Below are positions 11,385-21,465 of a stretch of 32,087 bases of DNA, piece after piece. The first letter of the stretch is position 1. Every line of letters starts with the position of its first letter. The notes under the pieces were generated by a model, which was given only the letters and a program-made list of their open reading frames with translations, did not search any database and was not told the DNA's origin. The position numbers and the translations under genes are program-made. The stretch covers positions 1 to 32,087 of the forward strand of contig JAVEBF010000086.1 of NCBI GenBank assembly GCA_051941275.1. The letters run 5' to 3'. The DNA comes from Dirinaria sp. TL-2023a. Taxonomy: Eukaryota.

Positions 11385-13069
11385 CTACACCGGGAAATGG
11401 GGCTCTGATGATCGAGGCACCCTCGACGATCGGAAGGGAAGCCAACTCAGGATTTCGTCCGAGGAAGCAAATCTAAAGCCGTGGAGCGGTTGCACGGCCT
11501 TTTGCAAGTAGTTTTCAAGTTTGGCAATGCTATGCTGAGGGCTGCTACTTGCTGGTGTTGGAGTGGGGTTGCAGCGCGTATTGGCTCCGATACGATCGAT
11601 ATCACCCACATGTTCATTGTCTACATTAGTAGCAAGTGATGGGAATCTCTCGTCAATCGCTGTTGGTGTGGCCAGCCGTTTTTGTTTTATTATCTCCCAC
11701 GTTGAACTTGGCCCTATTCCTAATATCGACGCCCCTTCTAAGAGATGTTTTTGAAGCCGCTGTATCTCGCTCCATAGCTGTTCCTGCTGAGGAAGATTCG
11801 TAACTATATTGGCCAGGTCCGCAAACCGTAGAAGCAAAATGGAATCTCCGGCCAACTCATCCCCGAGCAATTGCACGAGTGTCTCATACATCCACGGCTC
11901 GATTTGGCAAGATAGCCATCGGACTGCTGACCCTCCAGCGATACCTGTAACGGGAAATTTGTCAACGATTTCCACTGCGCAACAAGCCTGCAGGTTTTGA
12001 GATATTATTTCATCTTTTCGAAAAATCTGATGAAGAGATTGATCGATATCTCCGTAGAGTTCTGTGACGGAGATAGGAAGAGACACGACGGAGATATTAG
12101 AGACATCAGACAATGTCACCTCTGACAGGAACGACCAGCCGCGTGATCGGCCCGTAGAAGACGGAAGGGACAAAGACGATTGTCTATCCGCTACGCGGCC
12201 ATAGACTCGCGTCGATTGCAGTTCCCGATCAAAGGTGAAGCTGAATGCTGTTGCCTTGACATCGGCTACTGTATCGATATGATCATTGCCTGACGCTTCA
12301 TTTTGGACACTCTCATTGTCATTGGCCCCTTTTATAATAGTGCGAGTCTCGGCATTCACCGATGGAGCAGCTGTTGCGGCCTGGAAACCCTCTAATCGCC
12401 GAACAATCTCTTCATTGGACTCTAACGTTTTCAATACTAGATCTTTGAGCGCACTACTGGATTCAATTGCTTCTTCTGTTGTTACACTGAGACTGTAAGC
12501 TCCTTGTACATTGTAAAGACTGAAAGAATCCATTTAATAAGTATAATCGCTTTCCACTGTTGTATGCTTTCAGACGGTCATATATGCTGGACTTGCCACC
12601 AGTAGGAAAGCTCATGCGTAGAACGGAAAGGAGAGAGCATTTGACAGACACGCGCTTACCAGTTCAATGTTGTGAGCATCAGATTCAGCGAGGCTCTAAC
12701 ACCTTGGAGGCGTAACAACAATGTCGATATTGACTTCTCTTTCAATGCCCACCTAATTCTTTCCGCTGCTCGCTGTGGGCGGCCTAGCTGATCCAATGTC
12801 CTTCTTAGCTCCGAAAAAGTCGTTACAGAAGATGTCAAGACGATCTGAACCTGCTCGACAAGAATAAGAGATGTCCTCGACCTGGATGGCACGATTGTTC
12901 CCGAAAGAACGAGTTGCAATTGGCGAAGGCAGGCTACAATGCTTTCTACCTCCATTATAACCCCTCGTGCAAATTTCGGTGTCTCCTTCAAGCTCTGAAT
13001 ACTTGAGACAATACTTGCTCCTGCCGCCAACAAGGTTACAACGGATGCTGACACTGACAAAGGGTCCAT
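11385..13069 (-). CDS. Protein with fungal HeLo-like/STAND N-terminal helical domain and unassigned C-terminus, ~503 aa, 2 exons
   Basis: Start MDPLSVSASVVTLL and RIRWALKEKSISTLLLRLQGVRASLNLMLTTLNC are typical of Helo_like_N domains. Intron 12659-12487 (GTAAGC..GCTTAC..CAG) joins the two ORFs in frame; followed by FTFDRELQSTRVYGR..WSFLSEVTLSDVSNISVVSLPI. The 3' end is less certain. Confidence 0.75.
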
Positions 13070-13935
13070 TGCTAGCGAGCACCTAAGGACACTGAAAGAC
13101 AATAGAGCGAGAAATTCTGAACCAAAAATTGAGAGCCCCTATAAAGGTACAGGTGATGCTCAGCAAGAGGAAGAAGATAAAGTGTGTTGGTCGATACCGT
13201 CAGGCAGACAATCTTTTGAGATGGCGAGGCTGCGCTCAGCCTTTGGATCTGATGCATGGTGGGGCAGATATACCGTCATCGCCCAATAGAATTATACAGC
13301 AAGAATACATTATTCGGCTCGCTACGCTGGCCCTAATTGGTATTTCCCCAACGATATGTGCTTGCTGTGCTTTCGACGACGGTCACTAGATGTTAGCAAA
13401 GGGAAAAAATGATCGTATCAGGCTTCCACTCTGGTTCGTGGTCTTATTTGGTCGACAAGCTCTCGGAAAGTGGATCAGGTAGTGCAATTCTCTGTATCTA
13501 GTCGTCTGCTTGTGCTTCGTCGTAGTTCTCTGTTTACAATGCCTGTCAAGGAAGGCCAATACCCATTGTGCATCGCACAGAAAACTGACCCTACCGCATC
13601 TTAAGGTAAGGTATTTTCTCAAATAAACCCAAGAGAACCCCTGAAATTCGAACCTCGAATCGACCCGTCAGCCATTTGCTGCTGCTTTTTATGCTATGAA
13701 GGAGTAAGTGTGGGGCAAAAAATAACGCAGTAAAGTCACTGGTGAAGGCTACTGAAGATCACCGCTAAAGCCTATTTCTATTATTTTCTCAAAAGGTATT
13801 CGGAGAGTTTCAGCCTTGCTATACCTTGTCGCTTCGCTGTGCGCCGGTCACTAACCGTAGGTCCCCTACTAGATGAACCGGATGCCATCTACCATACTCT
13901 TCGAGGTGACAGTCTCTAAAGCCGCATCCAATACG

Positions 13936-15262
13936 ATGACTGGTTCAGCGCTGCCGGGATACCCTTCTAACACTCAGTAGGATATGGATATAATTAAAGG
14001 CTTCTTTTTCCTCTCCGCAGGTATGCCGCTGACACAGGCAATAATGAAGCAGTCAGCGGTTATTCCGGTCATTACGCCGCCCAATGCTCCTCATGACTCG
14101 AAATCTGGGGAGCTGATCGCTGTCACGACCGTCTTCATGGCCTTCGCCGTCAGAATCACGGGCCTTCGTTTGTCTTTGCGATTTTTTCGAAAGGATCTCA
14201 AATGGAGAATGGACGATTGGGCCATTATCCTATGCGTGATAGGAGTCCTCGCCTCTTTCTCCCTTGTGATCCAAGCGACGACAGCGGGAAAGGGTGGAAA
14301 ACATCTGTGTGATCTTGCATATGTCGATTTTGCAAACTTTGTGTCTTTACGTCGACCTCGCAGGACCTGCTCCGTATGCATTGTGCGATTCAACCTCCTT
14401 AGATCAATAGATGTGGGGAGCCGATCTTTTACGTTACAGTCAGTGTGATCGAGTTATCAATTACGCTCTTGAACCACGGTCCAAGGGCCTGACTTCGCGA
14501 AAGTGGATGGTAGCCCACAATTTTTTCCTTGCTTTGCTTGTTAGCTACATCATTACGGCCCCCATTGCTAGTAGCTTCGCATGTATCCCGCATGTTTTGT
14601 TTTTCCGGCTTCAAAAGCTTGGTCGTTACAAGGACCAGCGACATTACTTCAACCAAAACAATGTGGTTTTTCTTCTGAGCGCGTTGCACACAGCATTCGA
14701 TTTCGGGCTCCTTACGGTACCACTTGTCGTACTCGTCAAAATGCAAATGAACCTCTCCAAGAAAATACGATTAAGTATACTGTTCTCGTTCGGCTCGCTA
14801 TCCTGTACTAGGGCTGTCATTAGAAACATAATCCGGGCACCGAAGCAGCAAGACATCACCTGCAAGCCTGACTCCGCTACTCGACCCAACAAAGCCAAGC
14901 CACCCATAGACGAATCTTCTGATCATGCGATTGAACCTACAGATCAGTACCTGGACTTCCAAAAATGGGTCATCGTCGACATGTTCTTCGGCATTACTGC
15001 CGCTTGACTTCCGGTCTTGAACTCACTCCTGCCCAAGCACTGGTACACCCGCACGGACAGCCATGTGACAGCCGTAGACAATTCAGAGTGGGACTGGAGT
15101 AAAGGAGAGAGCATTAAGCTAGGCTCAATGTCGACGCTCAACGGCTCTGCAAGTCACAACATCGCCATATACTGTAAGGAGATTCTAGATGATGCGGAAA
15201 ATGCGATTCAGAGCGAGCACACCGCGTCCAGCGTAAGGACTCAGCCGAACTGGGAAACATAA
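13936..15262 (+). pseudogene. Disabled PTH11-like/fungal rhodopsin-domain integral membrane protein
   Basis: Family motifs LRLSLRFF..DDW, GxGKH, DFGLLTVPL..KMQMNLSKKIRL..LFSFG, GITAAxLP. Lesions: in-frame TAG 13978-13980 after an upstream ATG, 1-nt frameshift near 14475, TGA 15005-15007 within AA*LPVL. Probable introns 14341-14402 and 14862-14942 (GC donor). Confidence 0.82.
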
Positions 15263-16101
15263 TGTAATCATGTGGAGCTGCGTGCAACGGTTCCCTTAGT
15301 AAATTGTGGACTGATGACACAGTCCAAGACCTTGTCCTCAGACCGACTGGTGTCTGGATGGACGAGCTTGATAAAGCGACGCAAGTGCTATAGCCTGCCG
15401 TGATGGATGCCCAAGAGCTGGGGCTGGGAAGCATGTACTCTACATGATCTGGAGACATCGAGGAGGAATTGCGAAGGCTTTCAAAGTTTAACTGAGACAT
15501 TTTACCATGATCGCTCTCGTTGATCTTCTATGCTTCGTGACGGGGAACGATATCAATAATGTTGGCTGTAGTGAATATGACCGTCCAATATGTGCTGGGA
15601 AGCGACTACAACTGAGTGTCAGAAGTTCTAGATCGCCATGGGTACCTCAGCCGTAAAGTACTACCTTAGTTTTACTCATTGAGGATGCCTAAGGCTAAAC
15701 CGGATCCAGGCGAGCTCATCCTCGCCCATCTGATTGGTAGGCGCATTCTGGCACTCGGAAACCTTCATCAACGAGAATGCGCGCATGGAGCCAGGTCTCA
15801 ATAATCCAGCGCCTGTCAATCTCATAGCTGTATCGTCGCCTAGTGATATCCCGGTGCCGCTGATACCAGCTCCGTGGTTCGCCCGATCAGCTGGACTGCA
15901 GAAAAGGGGCTTCCTTAAATATCCAATTAAGGAGTTTTCACTACTGTACCCCCCACTCGAATCACCTGCTACGGCCCGCATTCGTCAGGCAGTACTCAGA
16001 GAGACGAGCGAGCACAAGGTTTACTGGACGATGTTTGCAGCACTGTCAATCTATTGGAGCGTTGCGCTATGAGCGAGGCCATCTAATCAAGGCACTCGAG
16101 C

Positions 16102-18153
16102 ATGGTGGCGGCTACGAGGCTTTCTGCCGCCGCCTCTGCTCCTCAAGCCTACGTTTCTCCTCCACGTCAACGTTTCGCTACTTCAGAGAAACAGCGTTCG
16201 ACAACCACCGCTTCCGATGAGGAAGATAACATGGTGTACGCGGAGGCAGAAGAGCTCAAGCGGGCGCGAGTGGACCATAGCCGCAGAGACTTAGGGCACC
16301 GCCGAGAAGGAATCCCAAAGCAGATGGCCTCTCACGGTGGTAAAAGACGAGATCCAAATTCAACGACGTCGTCAGTTAGGGATGCGAAGGTCACGGTCTG
16401 CGAGGTACGGAGGGAAAAGGTACCATGCCATCGAGACTCGCGCCGCGAGAATAGACATCGCGACAGGGACAATAATGAAGTCGTTTATGTCTACAAATAC
16501 GTCGATGGGCCAAAAGCACAAAAGGAAGCCCCAAGGCCGCATCAGCTACGGAGGACATCAGAGCAGGTTTCAAGGACCCGACTGGATCCACCAAGATCCG
16601 ACAAGAGGCGCTTGTCTGTTGTAGATCAGGCGGGAGAGGAGACACGAAGGCGACGAGTCCATTCGCGAGCGCGAGATCATGACGAAGTTAGTCGAGCCCA
16701 AAAGCGACGACAGTCTGTTAGCTCGGCGAGAGAGAGTTTTCCAGTGGCGAGAAGTGCATCAGCACGTGAGAGGCCCTCAGCGCCTCCACCTCCACCTCCT
16801 TTACAGCGTAGCAAGACTTCATCTCGTGAGACTCGCCGCGCTCCACCACACTCGATTCCAGGTCCACCTCTGGACCGAACAGCATCCGTCCGCCGAAAAC
16901 CAGAACGAGCGGGCAGCATCTTTGGCTCCATCTTCGGACAATCCAAACCTAGCGAGCCGCCCGCCCCAGAAAAAGTGGTTGAATGTCTGACCTGCCTCTC
17001 TGATGTTCCTGTTTCTAAGACAGCCAAACTAGCCTGCACGCACCGCATGTGCCACGCCTGCCTCCGTCGCATCTTTACACTGTCCATCACTGATCCTCAG
17101 CACATGCCACCCAAATGTTGCACGAGTGATCACATCCCTCTAAAGCACGTCGACAAGCTATTCGATATCCGCTTCAAAATGAAATGGAATCAGAAATATC
17201 AGGAATATACCACCAAAAACCGCATTTACTGCCCTGCCCGAGGCTGTGGTGAATGGATCAAGCCGGCGAACATCCACATTGACACTTCGGGCGGGGCCAA
17301 TGGCGGCAGGAAATATGGTAGATGCGGTCGCTGCCGCACCAAAGTCTGCTGTACCTGCAACGGCCGTTGGCACTCTAGGCGGGAGTGCCCCAAAGACGAA
17401 GCTACTGCTCGGTTCGCCGAGATCGCGAAGAAAGAGGGTTGGCAGCGCTGCTTCAACTGTTCGGCGACTGTCGAATTGAAAGAAGGCTGCAATCACATGA
17501 CGTGTCGCTGCCGAGCGGAATTTTGCATGATCTGCGGCGCAAAATGGAAGACTTGCGACTGCCCGTGGTTTAACTACGAGGCGGTGGAGAACGACCGCTT
17601 GCATCACCTGCAGATCCCGCAGCCTGTGCCGAGAAGGATGCCGGGGAACCCAGCGCTAGGGTACCAGGAAGAATTAGATAGGCGGAGGGAGCAGGAGAGG
17701 GCAGATGAAGCGTTGGCACGGAGGATACAGGCATTGGGACTTGATGAGACCGATCGGCATCCGCCAAGACAGGTCAACGTGCACGAGTACCTGGTACATC
17801 CGCAACCGCCGCCATTACCACCAGAGCTCGTCCGTCGGGCCCAAGATTTACTAACTGGAGACTTTGGCAATGCCCAAGCAGAAATAAACCGCATCTTTGC
17901 TCCCCGCCCCTCGCAGCAGGAGCCATTACCGCGATCAAACTTTGCGGCTCCGCGCGCTCACCACGATAACCCTGCAATGAGAGCAAGTGAGAGAGCTGTG
18001 CCAAGGGCTTTTGGGGCTGAGGACCAAAATCAAAGGCCGAGACATGCACACGAGCAGCGAGCGGGGGAGATCAGGTCGAGCACTTTAGCTGGCTTAAGCA
18101 GAGCGACGACGGAAGGCAGAGTCGATGCTTGGAGGCGGCATGTTGAGGTGTGA
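16102..18153 (+). CDS. RBR-type (RING1-IBR-RING2) E3 ubiquitin ligase, 683 aa, with Arg/Ser-rich disordered N-terminus
   Basis: RING1 CLTC..CTHRMCHAC..CC; IBR CPARGC..CGRC..CCTC..H..C; RING2 CFNC..GCNHMTCRCRAEFCMIC with the catalytic Cys in GCNH. Single long ORF; start codon not independently confirmed. Confidence 0.9.
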   Translation: MVAATRLSAAASAPQAYVSPPRQRFATSEKQRSTTTASDEEDNMVYAEAEELKRARVDHSRRDLGHRREGIPKQMASHGGKRRDPNSTTSSVRDAKVTVCEVRREKVPCHRDSRRENRHRDRDNNEVVYVYKYVDGPKAQKEAPRPHQLRRTSEQVSRTRLDPPRSDKRRLSVVDQAGEETRRRRVHSRARDHDEVSRAQKRRQSVSSARESFPVARSASARERPSAPPPPPPLQRSKTSSRETRRAPPHSIPGPPLDRTASVRRKPERAGSIFGSIFGQSKPSEPPAPEKVVECLTCLSDVPVSKTAKLACTHRMCHACLRRIFTLSITDPQHMPPKCCTSDHIPLKHVDKLFDIRFKMKWNQKYQEYTTKNRIYCPARGCGEWIKPANIHIDTSGGANGGRKYGRCGRCRTKVCCTCNGRWHSRRECPKDEATARFAEIAKKEGWQRCFNCSATVELKEGCNHMTCRCRAEFCMICGAKWKTCDCPWFNYEAVENDRLHHLQIPQPVPRRMPGNPALGYQEELDRRREQERADEALARRIQALGLDETDRHPPRQVNVHEYLVHPQPPPLPPELVRRAQDLLTGDFGNAQAEINRIFAPRPSQQEPLPRSNFAAPRAHHDNPAMRASERAVPRAFGAEDQNQRPRHAHEQRAGEIRSSTLAGLSRATTEGRVDAWRRHVEV

Positions 18154-19281
18154 AGGTTTGCAAGATCAGGGTGGACGTGAAGTAGTCGGCAACAATTCTA
18201 CTCACTGGGTCATCGTCCCACAGAGGATCCTCAGCGGACGGCTACCTCGGCATCATGCGCAAGAGGAAAACCGGCGATTGACGAAAGCGACTTGTAATAT
18301 GGACGAGTAATCCGTTGGCCACGGTCCTAATACGCAAACTGGTCAGCAGAGAAGAGGCAATACTGAGCTGTGCGGGCTTGGTAGAAGCTCTGCCGGGTTC
18401 TTCATTGACGGGCTGACTTTGTGTCCCACATCGGAGCTTCATCGATATGGCTAAGTCGTTGATTGTAGGTTAGGCCACTTCGCGATGCGGACATTCTGCC
18501 AACCGTGCAACGAGACGTGTTCGAGAGGAATTCAAATTGTAAGGGGCCAGTAGCAGGAGAGTTGAATCTTGAACACCGTGGTAGGTAAGAAGCAATATTT
18601 GAAGAGAAAGAGGGAAATCTGCCCAGGGTTTCACGTTGTTGAGCAACAGATGCAAAAGGCTAAAGTCAGATGGGCAATCTTACGCCGGTGAATGCGCGGA
18701 GCTGTCCATTTTACGGCCTAGGAAATCTAGCGAGAACTATGTTCTTTGCAGGTAAGATTACATTCATGAGAAGATGATAAGGTGCGGATGTGTCCTTCAG
18801 ATTTGGAGTTGTCGACTTGAGCTATTTAGCTTGATCATCGGTTCAGGACGGAATTACCTCAAAGCGAGCGTATGTTCTAGCCATGCTAAGTGTTCTGTTA
18901 ATGAGATGGAGTAGGGACTCGGATTGTGCACACTTAATAAGTCTCATGAATGATGTCTACATGTATAATACTCACTATCAAGCGAATAGGCAGCTAATAT
19001 CCTAACCGACAGCTACTCGTTTCGACATCTCGCTGTGCGGTTGCGAGCATTGCTATGTTATGGTTTAATTTCATGAATTTCAACAGATCAACTTGGTTCC
19101 AAGAACTCGGTCGATCCAACTCCAAGTATGTAGAAAGGTGAGCTCGTAAAGTATGCCCTACCACTTACCTTACTTTACCTCTTGGGGGACTCAGGGAGTA
19201 AGGTATTCCGTCGGCGGTCTCGGCCCGCCTCGGCCCTGGACTTCATTCGGACCGACGATTGTCCGAAGCTCAAATGGTGAC

Positions 19282-19309
19282 CGCGTGATTTCTCGATCGC
19301 GACACGCGT
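19282..19309. promoter_or_regulatory. Cluster of CGCG cores including one perfect MCB-like ACGCGT (19304-19309)
   Basis: CGCG at 19282 and 19298 plus ACGCGT, ~200 bp upstream of the OB-fold gene ATG. Binding by an MBF-like factor is inferred. Confidence 0.45.
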
Positions 19310-19501
19310 TGTTCTTCTCGTCTCTCATATTGCTAGGAATCAGACAACAGCCCCAACCCCATACAACATTCGCTACTTCGTAGTATCTTAAGAGCGTTCT
19401 CGGCAGAGCTAAGCTATCGCTAGAAGCTTACAGACGAACATGCAGTTTCTAATGCACGAGCGTTACCGTCATCCTCCGCTCCTGCCGCGACACCCTCCGT
19501 A

Positions 19502-20979
19502 ATGCAGGCTGAGACCCCAGTCCCTGTTCCGGGACCAAGGGTGGAACTCAAACCGATTATCAAAGAAATTGTCCGAACACAAGTGTGCTTTCCTAATGTG
19601 CGGCTGTTGGTCGACAAAATATCCATCATTACCCTCTCGGGTGCTCAACCTGGCAATAATGAGGCATTCCATCTGCTGCTCACAGATGGCGAAAAGTCTA
19701 TCCAAGGTCAGGGATGCGGCTCGCTTTGAAGTCCTTAGGCTTACAGATGCAAAGCATTGATTAGGCGTCGGATGTACAAGACGATAACTAGCGGCGACAT
19801 CTGCGAGGGTTCTTACTTAGTCCTCAAACAGTACCGCCTGGAAAGGGCGAAAAGGCTCGCAGGAGAAGCGCAAGTCATGTTAGACATGCACTAAGATTCC
19901 TGTTGCTATCTCTGACGATTCATAGATATGTTGTCATGGAAGATTTCTATTCGATCGGCCAAGATCGCCGCCTGCCGGCCGCAAATGAAACCCTTGGTTT
20001 TGGTGTAGCAGACAGGGCGAGAAGTCTGCATGAGATGGTAGTCGAGTCGCTCACACCTAGCGTAGATCCTGGTCAATTCACTGAAGCTGACCCTCCGGCT
20101 AAGAAAGCGGATTTCCAAAAGCCTAGTGGTACAGGTGAGAATATTGAGCATGCAGGATTCGAGGAAATCTTTGATACAGCTGCGACACTTCCGAAGTCCC
20201 AATCTTCAAACGCCAGAACCCCCATGCAGAAGAAGCGAAAGAGAGACATCGCCCTTGGCGAGATTGACCCCAACTTCGGCTCTATATCAAAGACACCTTC
20301 GAAACGCATCAAAGATCAAAAAGGAAGCTCGCCGTTGCAAGATTCTTTCTCTACCGCTCGGTCATGGCTTCTCGAGTCTAGTACTCCAGAAACCGCCCTG
20401 CAGCAAAGGTCGGATTTCTCAACGGGAAGTCTAGATGTTTCCTCCAAAATCCTTGCAAGCCAAAAATGTATTAGCTCGAACGAGCCAGTACATTGGAAAT
20501 CATTACACAGCGCTGATCGGCTGTCAGTCGCTCCTGAACGTCGGACTGTTCCGCTTCCAATTGAGCGTCCATTAAACGTCCAGCCCCTCGCAAAGTTCAG
20601 GGGCTATCACCGACGGAATGATATCTATGATGTTTTTGCCGTGGTTCAGTGGGTTGGTGAATCTGTCATCAAGCGGTCAAGGATGCCTCCAAAGCGAGAT
20701 ATTCGGATTGTCGATCCCAGTACCGATAAGAAAGTGCTCTTGAGCGTGTTCGTGGAGCCAGAGCGCTTCACTCCTACTGTTGGCACTGTCGCGCTTATCC
20801 GCAGCGTTACCACGCACGAATGGGATGGAGGTATGCTCAATATCTACCCCAAGCAGTGTGAAGGCAAGCATTGGTTCATCCCAAACCCCAAAGGTTTTGA
20901 GGGATGCAATGTAGAAGCCATGCGTGGGTGGTGGAAGGAGATGCTGGCAAAAGAAACGGATGAGAAATCTGGAAATTGA
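19502..20979 (+). CDS. Uncharacterised two-OB-fold protein (RPA70N/TPP1-like N-terminal OB, disordered linker with KKRKR, RPA70-DBD/POT1-like C-terminal OB), ~460 aa, 3 exons
   Basis: Exons 19502-19706, 19755-19878, 19926-20979 splice in frame. N-domain FHLLLTDGEKSIQALI..EGSYLVLKQY..YVVMEDF; C-domain YDVFAVVQWV..KRDIRIVDPS..VLLSVF..VGTVALIRSVTTHEWDGGMLN. Fold call is by recalled motif resemblance. Confidence 0.75.
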
Positions 20980-21465
20980 GTTTGATGATTCATATTCGGA
21001 CCAATTGTCTCGTCACGGGTACTTCTTTGACGGATTTGTGGTTCCAACAGCAACAATCTTGAGGGCGCTCTCCTAAGTAAAGTTGAAATCACCGCCATAG
21101 GTCTTCGCAACACCTGCTCGATTTTGGAACAAGTTCGTTGAAGCCCTCCATTGTGGATCACTGGGCACTAGTCGTACCGATGGCCCATTAGCCAAGTTTT
21201 GGGCATTGTTTGCCTTCTGGATGAGGCGTCGAGCGCCCTCTAAACGATAACATTGGACCCAGGAAGCGTCTGCTCGTCAAGTGTGAAAAAACCGTCTTAG
21301 CCTGTCAATGGGCGTTTGTTCCTTATATCTTGGTCTGGATTTCCTTGCTCTCATGAACCTCTATTGATTTGGTGGATCTAATTCAGTTTTCTCCCTTCAA
21401 GGTAAAGAAACTGACACGGACAGCGTCTGTAGTATGCTCATTCGCTGCGCCTATGCTCATGAGCG

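Noticed and set aside
12487..12659. Long introns (173 nt here, 129 nt at 23550-23678) as snoRNA hosts
   Set aside because: No clear C box/D box pair or H/ACA hairpins seen.
15734..16072. 112-aa ORF upstream of the RBR gene
   Set aside because: No family motifs and no convincing splice to the RBR ORF; likely promoter or 5' leader.
18154..19150. 1 kb intergenic stretch with short ORFs
   Set aside because: ORFs under 70 aa, no motifs, repeats or tRNA-like structure found.
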